Assembly (NCBI GenBank): GCA_963828495.1
Contig: CAWHFJ010000016.1
Location: 21,353-85,352, forward strand
Reading direction: 5' to 3'
DNA: 64,000 bases
Source: Candidatus Omnitrophota bacterium
Lineage (GTDB): Bacteria > Omnitrophota > Gorgyraeia > Zapsychrales > Fredricksoniimonadaceae
Part shown: positions 1 to 9,424 of the stretch, piece by piece
Position numbering within the stretch: position 1 is the first letter of the stretch
Layout: each line of letters begins with the position of its first letter
Made by a program: the position numbers and the translations under genes
Notes under the pieces: generated by a model
Databases searched by the model: none
What the model saw: the letters and a program-made list of their open reading frames with translations, nothing else
What the model was told of the DNA's origin: nothing

Positions 1-1091
1 GTTTCACCTAACTGCCGTGCCACCGGTTGAGGTTTTTGGGCAGGCCGCCCCAAACGTTTCCTAAAATTGATAAACGCTTGTTCACGGTATATTTCCGGAC
101 AAGATCCTACGCCACAAGGCACCCCTGCTTGAGTTAATTGGGCTAAAATCCGGTCACGACTCCAGCCTTTGACCAACTGTTGGGGGCGCACATAAACATA
201 ATATTTATAATAAGCATGAAAAATCTCTTTTGACGGCTCCGTCACCCGTAGACCGTCTAACTGCCCTAATTGCTCATTAAAACGCCCTGCCAAAGAACGC
301 CGGGCTTTGACCCATCCATCCAAACGCCGTAACATAATGCGCCCGATAGCCGCTTGCATAGCGGTCATCCGGTAGTTAGTCCCAAAACTATTGACCATCC
401 ATTGAAATCCGGTCCCTTTAGCACGGCCAAAAACAGCATCAAAGTCACGGCCATGGTCCTTTAAACTCCACGCTTTTTGCCAAAACCGTTTATTATTAGT
501 GACCAGCATCCCGCCTTCGCCGCCGGTAGTAAATATTTTATCCTGACAAAAAGAAAACGACCCAAAATCCCCCATTGTTCCGACATGGCGGCCTTTATAT
601 TTCGCGCCATTAGCCTGCGCGCAATCCTCAATAACAGCAATCTTACGGGAACGGCAAAACTTGAGGATGGGATCCATATCGCAAGGCCAGCCTGCCAAAT
701 GGACCACGATTACAGCCTTAGTTTTTTTAGTAAGAACGGCTTTGATAGTCTCTGCTGTCATATTGCCGCTATTAACGTCTACGTCCGCAAATACCGGCAG
801 TGCCCCTGTCAAGGCCACACAGCTGGCAGAAGCCACAAAAGAACGGCCGGTCACCACAACCTCATCCCCCGCACCCACCCCAAGCACTCTCAGCGCCACA
901 TCCATGGTCACAGAACCATTGGCCATGGCAATCGCATGCCCAACACCCAAATAGCGCGCATACTCTTCTTCAAAAGCATAAACCTCATGCCCTGTCCACT
1001 GACTCACTTTTCCGGAAATCAACACCTCCCTGACAGCAGAAATAATTTCTTTGTCAAAAGAAGGCCATGGTGTAAAAATTATTTTTTTCAT
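1..1091 (-). CDS. DegT/DnrJ/EryC1/StrS-family PLP sugar aminotransferase (partial, C-terminus outside window)
   Basis: Absent from the ORF track because it runs off the left edge. Reverse translation from the ATG at 1091 gives MKKIIFTPWPSFDKEIISAVREVLISGKVSQWTGHEVYAFEEEYARYLG... and contains FSFCQDKIFTTGGEGG (PLP-lysine region). ATGA overlap with the stop of the upstream transferase (1088-1091). Confidence 0.85.
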   Translation of the reverse strand, partial: MKKIIFTPWPSFDKEIISAVREVLISGKVSQWTGHEVYAFEEEYARYLGVGHAIAMANGSVTMDVALRVLGVGAGDEVVVTGRSFVASASCVALTGALPVFADVDVNSGNMTAETIKAVLTKKTKAVIVVHLAGWPCDMDPILKFCRSRKIAVIEDCAQANGAKYKGRHVGTMGDFGSFSFCQDKIFTTGGEGGMLVTNNKRFWQKAWSLKDHGRDFDAVFGRAKGTGFQWMVNSFGTNYRMTAMQAAIGRIMLRRLDGWVKARRSLAGRFNEQLGQLDGLRVTEPSKEIFHAYYKYYVYVRPQQLVKGWSRDRILAQLTQAGVPCGVGSCPEIYREQAFINFRKRLGRPAQKPQPVARQLGE

Positions 1092-1759
1092 AGCGAATAC
1101 CTTTTCTTGAATTGTCCAACAGCCTCAAGTTCCTTGACCGGCCATATTTTCCCCATAGGGGTCAATACCCATACGGTCTGGACCAAAATCGTCAGATCAA
1201 ACCAAAACGAATTGCGCCTCACATGCTCCATGGCCAACTCAACTTTAAGCGGAACGACCACCTCATCGTAAAACTTATCCGGATCAGGGACTTTCGCGAG
1301 GATTTCTTCCTCATGCCGAAAATGAAGTGTCGCCACACTGGTGATGCCTGGCCGCACAGAGAAAATCTGTTTCATGGCCGGCGTATATTTCGCGGTGATC
1401 TCGGGCACGTCCGGCCGGGGACCGACAAAACTCATATCTCCTTTAAATACATTAAACAACTGCGGCAATTCATCCAATTTGGTCTTGCGCAAAACTCGCC
1501 CGACAGGTGTAATGCGCGGATCCGCTCCGGTCGTGACCGAAGTCCCCAGAGTATCGGCCTTGTCCACCATGGTCCTGAACTTGTAAACAAAAAATATCTG
1601 CTCATGTAAGCCGACACGCTTTTGCGCATAAAGCACCGGTCCTTTGTCATTCCCGCGAAAGCGGGAATCTAATTTAATGAGCAACGCCACCACCGCCATC
1701 AGCGGCAGAAAAAATAGTATACCCAAAAAAGAAACAATGAGGTCAAAAAAGCGTTTCAT
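1088..1759 (-). CDS. Small monotopic phosphoglycosyl (priming sugar) transferase, PglC/WbaP-C-terminal family
   Basis: 223 aa. N-terminal hydrophobic re-entrant helix, then YKFRTM, DELPQLFNV and FVGPRP motifs. Carries an in-frame insertion (RFRGND) derived from a hairpin repeat. Confidence 0.9.
   Translation of the reverse strand: MKRFFDLIVSFLGILFFLPLMAVVALLIKLDSRFRGNDKGPVLYAQKRVGLHEQIFFVYKFRTMVDKADTLGTSVTTGADPRITPVGRVLRKTKLDELPQLFNVFKGDMSFVGPRPDVPEITAKYTPAMKQIFSVRPGITSVATLHFRHEEEILAKVPDPDKFYDEVVVPLKVELAMEHVRRNSFWFDLTILVQTVWVLTPMGKIWPVKELEAVGQFKKRYSL
1647..1671. repeat. 24-25 nt hairpin repeat (plus strand GTCATTCCCGCGAAAGCGGGAATCT) located inside a CDS
   Basis: 8-bp stem attcccgc/gcgggaat with a GAAA loop at 1649-1668. 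A second copy of the same element lies at 13213-13237 in opposite orientation. Translates as DSRFRGND. Confidence 0.8.
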
Positions 1760-1766
1760 CAGCCCT

Positions 1767-2645
1767 CTATCCCCCTCGATTTATTTCTTCAAGTTTATAC
1801 AGTGCCGCCAATGACTGGTTCATCTTCCCCAGAAAATGCTTATAAGGATATGTTAACGACATACATTGACCAACATAGGGACGGTAACTGATCCTTAATC
1901 CAATCGGCTGTTTCCTAAAAAAGAATTTATCTATAAGGTAATCTTGGACATTCGTTTCATGCAATAAACTGCGAAAACCATCATTCACATACCCGAATTT
2001 CTCTTCACCCAAATAATATTTATTCATTTCATAGAGTAAGGCATAGCTGGGATAAAGGCGAAGGAAATCAGGATGGAATCTTATCATCCAATAATGCGCT
2101 TCCATTTTACCATATACATAATTTTTGGCGTATGCCATTAATCGGCCGGTCTCCTTTTCAAAAACACCCCAATAATGCAGGATGTCATCAAAATCATCCG
2201 TTAACATCATATGGCGTTTGAATTGACGCTCGGTCTGGTCTAATCGGGCATTCTTATAACGCCGAAAAGCGGCCACATGAACAGGCCACGCATGCTCAGC
2301 CATAAACCTTGCCTCAATCCTCTTCACAATACAATTCTTTAATCCGCGCTGTACTTCATTGCGGAGTTTGGAAGGACTATCCGACAAATCAATCGATCGA
2401 TCACACACAACAGAATACCAGGCATCAGGCGCCGTAACAAAGCCGCTTCCCGAACGGATCAATATGCATTCTTTAAAGAACCGGAACAACTTATCCTGAT
2501 ATTTCTTGGAGCTAATAACATAGTTCCCCGAGACAGGGCCTACAGGAACAACCATCCGTTGATACGATGTCCATAAAACATCCTCTAATATCATTGATTT
2601 CTGAGATATGCGCTGAAATAAATCTAAAAATCTACCCGTATTCAT
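1767..2645 (-). CDS. Hypothetical protein, possible GNAT/FemAB-like (Acetyltransf_6-type) acyltransferase
   Basis: 292 aa. The C-terminal pattern SYALLYEMNKYYL...GYVNDGFRSLLHETNVQDYLIDKFFFRK resembles GNAT-fold sugar or peptide acyltransferases. Sits in a glycan locus. Function is weakly supported. Confidence 0.4.
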   Translation of the reverse strand: MNTGRFLDLFQRISQKSMILEDVLWTSYQRMVVPVGPVSGNYVISSKKYQDKLFRFFKECILIRSGSGFVTAPDAWYSVVCDRSIDLSDSPSKLRNEVQRGLKNCIVKRIEARFMAEHAWPVHVAAFRRYKNARLDQTERQFKRHMMLTDDFDDILHYWGVFEKETGRLMAYAKNYVYGKMEAHYWMIRFHPDFLRLYPSYALLYEMNKYYLGEEKFGYVNDGFRSLLHETNVQDYLIDKFFFRKQPIGLRISYRPYVGQCMSLTYPYKHFLGKMNQSLAALYKLEEINRGG

Positions 2646-3802
2646 GACATTAATCCCATCTCTTGCAACATCACAGCGTTGACTTTATGGACATCATATC
2701 GTTTTTCTGCATATGCACGACTTTCCCTGCCCATGATCGCGATTTGTTGGGGATGATCAATAAAAAACTCCATCGCCACGGCCAGCGCCTTAACATCCTT
2801 TACCGGCACCAAAATGCCGTTAGGGCCATCCACTTGCCTCACTGTTTCCCTGCATCCGGGCGCATCGGTCGTAATCACTGCCCGCCCCGTGGCCATGGCC
2901 TCAAGGATGGTCCGCGGCGTGCCCTCACGATAATAGGATGGCAGGACATAAACATGGCAATCACGATAGAGTGAATGCACATCATCAATAAATCCGACAT
3001 AATTCACCAGCCCCTCCTGTTGCCATAAATCTAATTCTTCTTGTTTGATGGAGTTCGGATTTTCATCCACGTCGCCGGCCAACACAAATTCAACATGTTG
3101 CCGATGCGCTCGCACAATCCTGGCTGCCTCGATATATTCTCGAACGCCCTTGTCCTTTAAAAGCCGGGCGACCATAAGAAACCGAACGGAAGAATGCTCG
3201 ACCAATTCTTCTTTAGGAAAATCCAAAAGGTCAATCCCGATACCGTTAAGCAATACCGCCTTCTGTCTGGGGACATAACCTTCTTTGACAAACTGCTCCA
3301 AATCATCCGGATTAAGAAAAAAAATGCGTTTGCTGTTCAGCAGGCCAATGCGATAGAGACTTTTTGCCATAATCGAGGCAATGGCATGGGTGAATGATTC
3401 CCAGGGCATAAAAGGACTCCCCAGCCCTTCGATCATCGAGAAAACATTGCGTATGCCGCAAAAACGCGCTGCCAGGCCACCATAAATAATCGGTTTGATC
3501 GTGTAGTTCAAGACCATATCGGGTTTAATCCTTTGCATCAGACGGACCAAATCAAATAAAGTGACAATATCCGCCAGAGGATTCATCCCCGCACGTGCAA
3601 TCCGAATCGGATCATAGGTCACACCCAACGCCTTAAGTTTAGCTTCTGTAGCCGGGTCCCTCCCATTGGCCGCCGTATATACTTTAACCCCTTTATCCAG
3701 CATGGCCTTGATCAACGGCCCGCGAAAAGTAGCCAGTGAGATGGGAAACGCCCCAATAAGTAAACAAGATGTCGGATCTTTTGTTGTCATATAATTAGGC
3801 AT
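2642..3802 (-). CDS. Glycosyltransferase family 4 (GT-B)
   Basis: 386 aa with YREGTPRTILEAMATGRAVITTDAPGCRE (E-x7-E region). 4-nt overlaps with neighbouring genes. Confidence 0.85.
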   Translation of the reverse strand: MPNYMTTKDPTSCLLIGAFPISLATFRGPLIKAMLDKGVKVYTAANGRDPATEAKLKALGVTYDPIRIARAGMNPLADIVTLFDLVRLMQRIKPDMVLNYTIKPIIYGGLAARFCGIRNVFSMIEGLGSPFMPWESFTHAIASIMAKSLYRIGLLNSKRIFFLNPDDLEQFVKEGYVPRQKAVLLNGIGIDLLDFPKEELVEHSSVRFLMVARLLKDKGVREYIEAARIVRAHRQHVEFVLAGDVDENPNSIKQEELDLWQQEGLVNYVGFIDDVHSLYRDCHVYVLPSYYREGTPRTILEAMATGRAVITTDAPGCRETVRQVDGPNGILVPVKDVKALAVAMEFFIDHPQQIAIMGRESRAYAEKRYDVHKVNAVMLQEMGLMS

Positions 3803-4724
3803 CTATCCCCGGGATCAAAGCGCGGTTGATCCTTTGTAATATTTTTAACGCCTCTGCCTGTTCCTCCGGCTTGATGCGGCTGTTACGCAAACTGACCAGA
3901 TGCCGGCCAAGTCCTATCTGCGAGCAAAGCCAATAGATCCCTCCCTTGGCAAACGTTCTAAGGGCCAAACCCGTAGTGCGCCACTCGCCAACTATTGCCG
4001 GACCATACTGCCTAAAAATCTTTCGGTCTGTACGCTGGGATACTAAATAATTATTCAGGCTGACTTGCCCTTCACGGTAAAATAATAGCGGCTCGGCTAT
4101 CCTGGCGAAAGTTGAGTGCGCTATACTTCTACACCATAATTCATGGTCCTCTGCCCGTAAAAATTGCGGGTCGTAGGGATTCCTGCAAAACCAATCTGTC
4201 CGGCCAAGGATCGTTGGGTGAATTAAAAGCCCCTTTCTCAGTACCGACTCGGGCCTTAAATCCAACGGCATTTGACCGCGCACGCCAGAGGGGCTCCCAT
4301 GTTCGTCAATACTATAAACGGCGCTGCCAACCAGATCCACCTTGGGGTTCTCCTCCAAATAGCGGTATTGTTTGACCAATCGTTCGGGATGCATAATATC
4401 ATCCGCGTCCATACGGACTAAATAGGGTGTCTGAGCCAAACGGGCGATCTGATTCAAGCGGTTCGAAAGACCGCGGTTGACTCCATCGCTGTAAACCCGC
4501 ACCCGAGGATCACGCACCGCGCGCGCAATCGCCAGCGAATTGTCCGATGAACCGTCATCGACAAGGATCAACTTCCAGTCCTGATAGGTTTGTGCGAAGA
4601 CGGATCGCAACGCATCTAACAGCGTCGCTGAATTATTAAAAAAAGGAAGACCTATGGAAATAGTCATAAAATTTAAAACTGGAATATTATTTGGTAAACT
4701 CCCATAGCCAATGCCAGCACCCAA
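3795..4724 (-). CDS. Glycosyltransferase family 2
   Basis: ISIGLPFFNNSATLLDALRSVFAQTYQDWKLILVDDGSSDNS and RMDADD (DxD). The likely true start is the ATG at 4667 (MTISIGLPFF), which removes the overlap with the upstream gene. Confidence 0.85.
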   Translation of the reverse strand: MGAGIGYGSLPNNIPVLNFMTISIGLPFFNNSATLLDALRSVFAQTYQDWKLILVDDGSSDNSLAIARAVRDPRVRVYSDGVNRGLSNRLNQIARLAQTPYLVRMDADDIMHPERLVKQYRYLEENPKVDLVGSAVYSIDEHGSPSGVRGQMPLDLRPESVLRKGLLIHPTILGRTDWFCRNPYDPQFLRAEDHELWCRSIAHSTFARIAEPLLFYREGQVSLNNYLVSQRTDRKIFRQYGPAIVGEWRTTGLALRTFAKGGIYWLCSQIGLGRHLVSLRNSRIKPEEQAEALKILQRINRALIPGIDA

Positions 4725-5776
4725 AAAAAGTAGTAGCGCTTTTTATTATAAAGCCCCGTAATGCCGATCATCAACGGCATAAGCGGCCATGACCAGTAGA
4801 ACAGGCGATCATGATACGGCATCGAAAAGAATAACATGGCTCCTGCATTCAGAAACAGATAGTTGCGCAACGCTTCATCCCGAAATCTGCGCAAACTGGC
4901 AGGGGCAGACATCAAAAGGCAAACCAAGATAGGTAGTGCGCTAAAAACCACGAAACGTAACTTAAACCCCACATTGTATTCGCCGTGGTAGTAAAGACCT
5001 CGGGCGTCAAGGTAACCTGTGGCTCTGGTGGCCTTGAGAAGCCCCAGTGCACGCTCCACATAATTGAGGAACACATCAGGAATGCCTACCGCACTCAAAA
5101 TAGCCACACCCACCCAGAACGCTAGCGCAAAAGAACGCTTGAAGAAAAGAGAAAGCGGCGCCAACAATAGCATCCAGGCGGACGCATGAAAACAGGCCGC
5201 TAGGACGACGCACACAAAAAATGCTTTGAGTTGGCGTCGCCACAGAAACACCAATGCGTGCAATCCGATGCCAAATGCCGCTCCCTGACGTATCACATTG
5301 GTGCCCAGTTGCCAAAATATAAAACTGGACACAAGTATCATCAAAGCCAACAACGCCGCGCGCATGCCAAGCAAACGCTTAAGCGCCCAAAAGTAACCGC
5401 CCAGGAATAGCAACGCAAAGCCACCAAATAATGTACTTATTCCGGTCAATCTATCACTAAGGTAAAAAAGCAAGCGGGAACCTACCTCGGAGCTGTACTG
5501 TGCAACATCCCCCCTCGCTGCTATTAACCCATATTCTGATGTATCCGAGCCCACTGTATCGGGCCGAAGCGCAAGTGACATGACCAGCAAAGCCAAAGAA
5601 ACCAATATAATAGAGAAAACAGCTCGCTGGCTAAGAAACTGTTTGGTATCATCCCCTTGTTGAAACAACATGAGCGGGCCAGCCCCGGAGCCAACAGCGG
5701 CAGTGAGTACTACAATCAGGCCGTAACCCAATATCATCATAATAAGGAATATGTCCATAATGAATACCCCTCGCAC
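4673..5776 (-). CDS. EpsG/Wzy-like polytopic membrane protein (putative glycan polymerase)
   Basis: 367 aa with about 10 hydrophobic segments and no soluble domain. Lies between glycosyltransferases. The call rests on size, topology and context only. Confidence 0.45.
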   Translation of the reverse strand: MRGVFIMDIFLIMMILGYGLIVVLTAAVGSGAGPLMLFQQGDDTKQFLSQRAVFSIILVSLALLVMSLALRPDTVGSDTSEYGLIAARGDVAQYSSEVGSRLLFYLSDRLTGISTLFGGFALLFLGGYFWALKRLLGMRAALLALMILVSSFIFWQLGTNVIRQGAAFGIGLHALVFLWRRQLKAFFVCVVLAACFHASAWMLLLAPLSLFFKRSFALAFWVGVAILSAVGIPDVFLNYVERALGLLKATRATGYLDARGLYYHGEYNVGFKLRFVVFSALPILVCLLMSAPASLRRFRDEALRNYLFLNAGAMLFFSMPYHDRLFYWSWPLMPLMIGITGLYNKKRYYFFWVLALAMGVYQIIFQF

Positions 5777-5801
5777 AACTCAACAACGTATATGGCTTAT
5801 C

Positions 5802-6944
5802 TTAAATTTTATAGACACTCTCTAAATATTTTAAAGAGGACTCTATATTAAACGCGCTACAGCCGATAACATCGGCTACTGGCCCTTGAACTAAAGACGC
5901 CTTAAGCTTCGCAGACAAGACCGCATCAGCCCAGGAGGAAGGTGGTCTCTCAAGAGAAAGACGACTGATCAACGACGGTATAACGTCAACTTCTTTCGTA
6001 ATATTATCTGAAATAACACAAAACAATTTCGCCGCCTGGGCTTCAACAAGGACCAGACCAAGCCCCTCGTAACGCGAAGGGAACACAAACACATCCATGG
6101 CGCCCAGCATGAGACGTGGAACGTCCGGACGCATGCCCGCGCATACGACCTTGTCCGTCAACCCTAAACGTTTTGTCTTTTGTACGATCGCCTCCTTCAA
6201 AGGCCCGTCTCCAATCAATAACAGACAGGCATTGGGCTTGCGGCGCACAACTTCAGCAAAAACATCCAGAAGAAAATCATGGTTCTTCAATTCCACAAAT
6301 CGGCCTACATGACCGATAACAAAAGCATCAGGCCCGATGCCCAGTTGGCGACGGACTTGAGAGGAGTCAACAGGACTCTCAAACGGTCCCAAATCTATGC
6401 CGCAATAAAACACACGCCAACGCGGGTCGCGTTCCCAGTCCTTGCCAAAAAGATTGGCTGCGGCCAAAACGCTGCAGGCCAGGCCTTTGGTGGCACAATG
6501 ACGGATGAGCCATTCGGCACTGCGCAAATAAAACTTACGCCAAAAACCAACACATCCATCAATCAACGATGTATCACTATGACTATGAACAATCCTCATC
6601 GGCACACCAGCAAGATAAGCCAGCATTAACGTAAACCCGCTAAAATGGTGAACGTGGATGTGAATCACATCGTATGGCCCATATTCTTTGAGTATACGAA
6701 AAAAATTCCAAGCGTATTGCCAAGGACGGGACGGATGCAGGCAGGGAATAATCCGACAACCAAGAGATTTGATCTCGTCATCATAAAAACAGGACTTAGT
6801 GGTGTGCGTCAAAAAGTCAAACCGGTAACGATCCCTGTCGATCCGGCGTAATACATGCATCAGCCATGTTTCTACCCCTCCCGTATCCATACCGCTGACA
6901 ACGTGCAAAATGCGCATAGGACGCTTTTGATCATCAATGGCCAT
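5802..6944 (-). CDS. Glycosyltransferase family 4 (GT-B)
   Basis: 380 aa. ILHVVSGMDTGGVETW at the N-terminus and FPSRYEGLGLVLVEAQAAK at the C-terminus. Confidence 0.85.
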   Translation of the reverse strand: MAIDDQKRPMRILHVVSGMDTGGVETWLMHVLRRIDRDRYRFDFLTHTTKSCFYDDEIKSLGCRIIPCLHPSRPWQYAWNFFRILKEYGPYDVIHIHVHHFSGFTLMLAYLAGVPMRIVHSHSDTSLIDGCVGFWRKFYLRSAEWLIRHCATKGLACSVLAAANLFGKDWERDPRWRVFYCGIDLGPFESPVDSSQVRRQLGIGPDAFVIGHVGRFVELKNHDFLLDVFAEVVRRKPNACLLLIGDGPLKEAIVQKTKRLGLTDKVVCAGMRPDVPRLMLGAMDVFVFPSRYEGLGLVLVEAQAAKLFCVISDNITKEVDVIPSLISRLSLERPPSSWADAVLSAKLKASLVQGPVADVIGCSAFNIESSLKYLESVYKI

Positions 6945-6977
6945 GTTTCCTCACCGCTCTCCTCACAATAAGCGACA

Positions 6978-8234
6978 TTACCTGTAATGGACATAAACGT
7001 CACAAAGAATCAACGCCAGCCCCGCGCCATACAACTTAAAATGCGGGATCAAAAGAAAAGAAAATATAAAAGTAGCCATTAAAGCTGTTGAGAACAAAGG
7101 CACCTGCCAAGCAAACTGTCTTGCCGCTGTCACTGCATACCCGAACGCCGAATCTATTCCCGAAAATGTCGCCGAAACCATCAGTAAAAGAAACAGTTTT
7201 GAATAGGCCGCATATTCTTGAGTATAAATAAGGGCAAGGATCTTTTCTCCTCCTAAAAGAATGACCAATACCCCTGTCATGCCGACCATAAAATTAATCA
7301 AAACCATTTTCTTAAGAAGCCCGTAAAACGCCCCAAAATCACCCTCCGCGAAATGCCTCGCCAGCCGTGGGGACACCGCCTGTCCCAATGCCTGGATGAA
7401 CATATTAACGGCGACAGTAGTATACGCCAATGCGGCAAAGATACCCAAATCGCTCGTCCCAAGATATTTATTGATCACATAGCGCGGAACATTGGCATCC
7501 AACGAAAGGAGCCCTGTCGCAATCCCTAAAGGGAACGCCAGCACAATGATCCGCACAAGAATCCCACGGCGTTCCATAAATGAAGAGACTAAAGATCTGC
7601 TCAAAGCTCCGCGGGAAATCCCTTCCACTGCCAGCATCAGATGCCGGCCCATTTTCCAGTCATAAAAAATCAATACCAACAACCAGGCGCCTGACAAACC
7701 CGCCAATGCCCAGGGCAGGCTGGATGACAAATAAAAGAAAAGACCGAAACCAACGACTGAAATGACCCCTTTGATGATCATGGATTTCGCCATAAAGCCC
7801 ATTTTTTCATGCTGCTGAAAAAAGCCATAAAAAACATCACTTAAAGATTCGATGGCCTTGGCCAAAGTCAAAATAGCTGTAACCAGCAACGCAACACTTG
7901 AAAAATGACCAAAACAAAGGACCAAAAGAATCACAAGAAAAGCGGCAGCCGTTGACAAAATTCTTACGGCCACATAATCCGACAAAAAATACTCTTTTTT
8001 AGCATCCGTGGCCTGAACAGAGCGCAACTGCATATTCGTTATCATAATCACAGGGGTTATGATTGCCGATGCCAAGGCAAACTGTCCCACGACCTCAGGA
8101 TTCCCCATTTTGGCAAGGATGACCAGCATCCCCCACTGACAAAGACCATAAATCCCGTTCGCCAACATCATCCAGATAAAATTGGCTTTTGTCGGAGTTA
8201 GAAAATCTTGTAATTTTTCCCAAAAAGCATTCAT
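6978..8234 (-). CDS. Wzx-like oligosaccharide flippase (MOP/PST family)
   Basis: 418 aa, about 12 TM segments, typical polysaccharide-biosynthesis-protein layout. ATGA overlap with the upstream gene. Confidence 0.75.
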   Translation of the reverse strand: MNAFWEKLQDFLTPTKANFIWMMLANGIYGLCQWGMLVILAKMGNPEVVGQFALASAIITPVIMITNMQLRSVQATDAKKEYFLSDYVAVRILSTAAAFLVILLVLCFGHFSSVALLVTAILTLAKAIESLSDVFYGFFQQHEKMGFMAKSMIIKGVISVVGFGLFFYLSSSLPWALAGLSGAWLLVLIFYDWKMGRHLMLAVEGISRGALSRSLVSSFMERRGILVRIIVLAFPLGIATGLLSLDANVPRYVINKYLGTSDLGIFAALAYTTVAVNMFIQALGQAVSPRLARHFAEGDFGAFYGLLKKMVLINFMVGMTGVLVILLGGEKILALIYTQEYAAYSKLFLLLMVSATFSGIDSAFGYAVTAARQFAWQVPLFSTALMATFIFSFLLIPHFKLYGAGLALILCDVYVHYR

Positions 8235-9424
8235 AGCGTATAATTCTCTTTAATGAACAACTCTTTTGCCGGACGGACAACAACATCGCCCTCTTGTGTT
8301 GCCCCACCCGCCGCAGGCCTGCTATCACCAAAACAATAAACGATCACTCGTTTTAACCCCGGCCAAAGGTAACGAGTTTTGATATCTTCTTGTGTCATTT
8401 CTCCTGTCTGGTCTGCAAACACAACCCCGACAAGGTCCTTCCCCTCCAAAGCGATGAAGGGATTGTTAACTAAAAACGTCCTGACCCCACGGGTATCGCG
8501 CAAAGGATATACACGTATGACATTGTCTTTGCAATGCGTGAGACGAAGACCCCATTTTTTCTTATAATTCAATACTCCGTCAGCAAAAAACGGCCTTGAC
8601 CCTTCCACAAAAATTCTCTTATACTTTTTATCTTTTAAATATTCAAACAAAAAATAATAAAGCGCCTGTATAGCCCCCTCATTGACCAAATCTTCGTTTC
8701 CGTCCTTCACTCCTACATACTTTAATATTATGCTGCCGTCCTTCTGGTAGTAATGACATCTGCCTGAAATGAGCGTCCCCTCTCTTTTTACAAAAAGAAC
8801 TTCCCAATCTTTGAACTCTCTTAATTCATCTTCAAAATTACTGAACACAGTCTCTTTGTCGTATCGTTTCGAAATATACGGCAAATACATCTCGTTATAA
8901 AAATGATCAAGCGAGGCCCTGTCTCTGGCCACTTCAAATGTATACTCATACTTTTTTCGAATTCTCTTAATGTCCTTTTTTATTTTTTCGGAATCAAAAT
9001 TGATCAAAGAAAACTCCAGATCTCCCATGACCCAGGTAGGAATACAAAGACATCCGCGATTTCCCAGCCATAAAGACACACAGTGCGGGACATCGTACAT
9101 CAAAACATCAACATCTTTTTGATGTCTTTTGATGAGCTTCTTGATCTGCCAAATCCAAACTCTCCCAAACTCGGTTTGAGAACAATCGTCCCGGAAAGCT
9201 ACCCTGACCATATAATTCTTATCCAAAAAATTGCCACAAAACATTAAGCCAACAGGATCATTATTCTCATTGGCTCGGCTTTGTATTAACCAGGCACAGG
9301 GTCTAAACAGAGTATATACTGTTTTGACAAAGTGATACATCCAGGAGACAGGAGATAAAAATCTCCTGATAATCCAAGGCATTCTCTGATATTTGCGTTT
9401 TAATGTTTCAAAAGAAGGATCCAT
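8231..9424 (-). CDS. Hypothetical protein, paralog A. The C-terminal half is GNAT/FemAB-like
   Basis: 397 aa, collinear with 12005..13171 at roughly 70% aa identity by eye. The C-terminal region (IKKDIKRIRKKYEYTFEVARDRASLDHFYNEMY...GAIQALYYFLFEYL...GVLNYKKKWG) fits the Acetyltransf_6/FemAB pattern. Confidence 0.45.
   Translation of the reverse strand: MDPSFETLKRKYQRMPWIIRRFLSPVSWMYHFVKTVYTLFRPCAWLIQSRANENNDPVGLMFCGNFLDKNYMVRVAFRDDCSQTEFGRVWIWQIKKLIKRHQKDVDVLMYDVPHCVSLWLGNRGCLCIPTWVMGDLEFSLINFDSEKIKKDIKRIRKKYEYTFEVARDRASLDHFYNEMYLPYISKRYDKETVFSNFEDELREFKDWEVLFVKREGTLISGRCHYYQKDGSIILKYVGVKDGNEDLVNEGAIQALYYFLFEYLKDKKYKRIFVEGSRPFFADGVLNYKKKWGLRLTHCKDNVIRVYPLRDTRGVRTFLVNNPFIALEGKDLVGVVFADQTGEMTQEDIKTRYLWPGLKRVIVYCFGDSRPAAGGATQEGDVVVRPAKELFIKENYTL

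Noticed and set aside
477-1271. 264-aa plus-strand ORF (His/Pro/Arg-rich), the longest ORF-track entry at the left edge
   Set aside because: It is antisense to a well-supported DegT-family aminotransferase gene (1..1091, minus) that the track misses. The composition is low-complexity and no motif is present.
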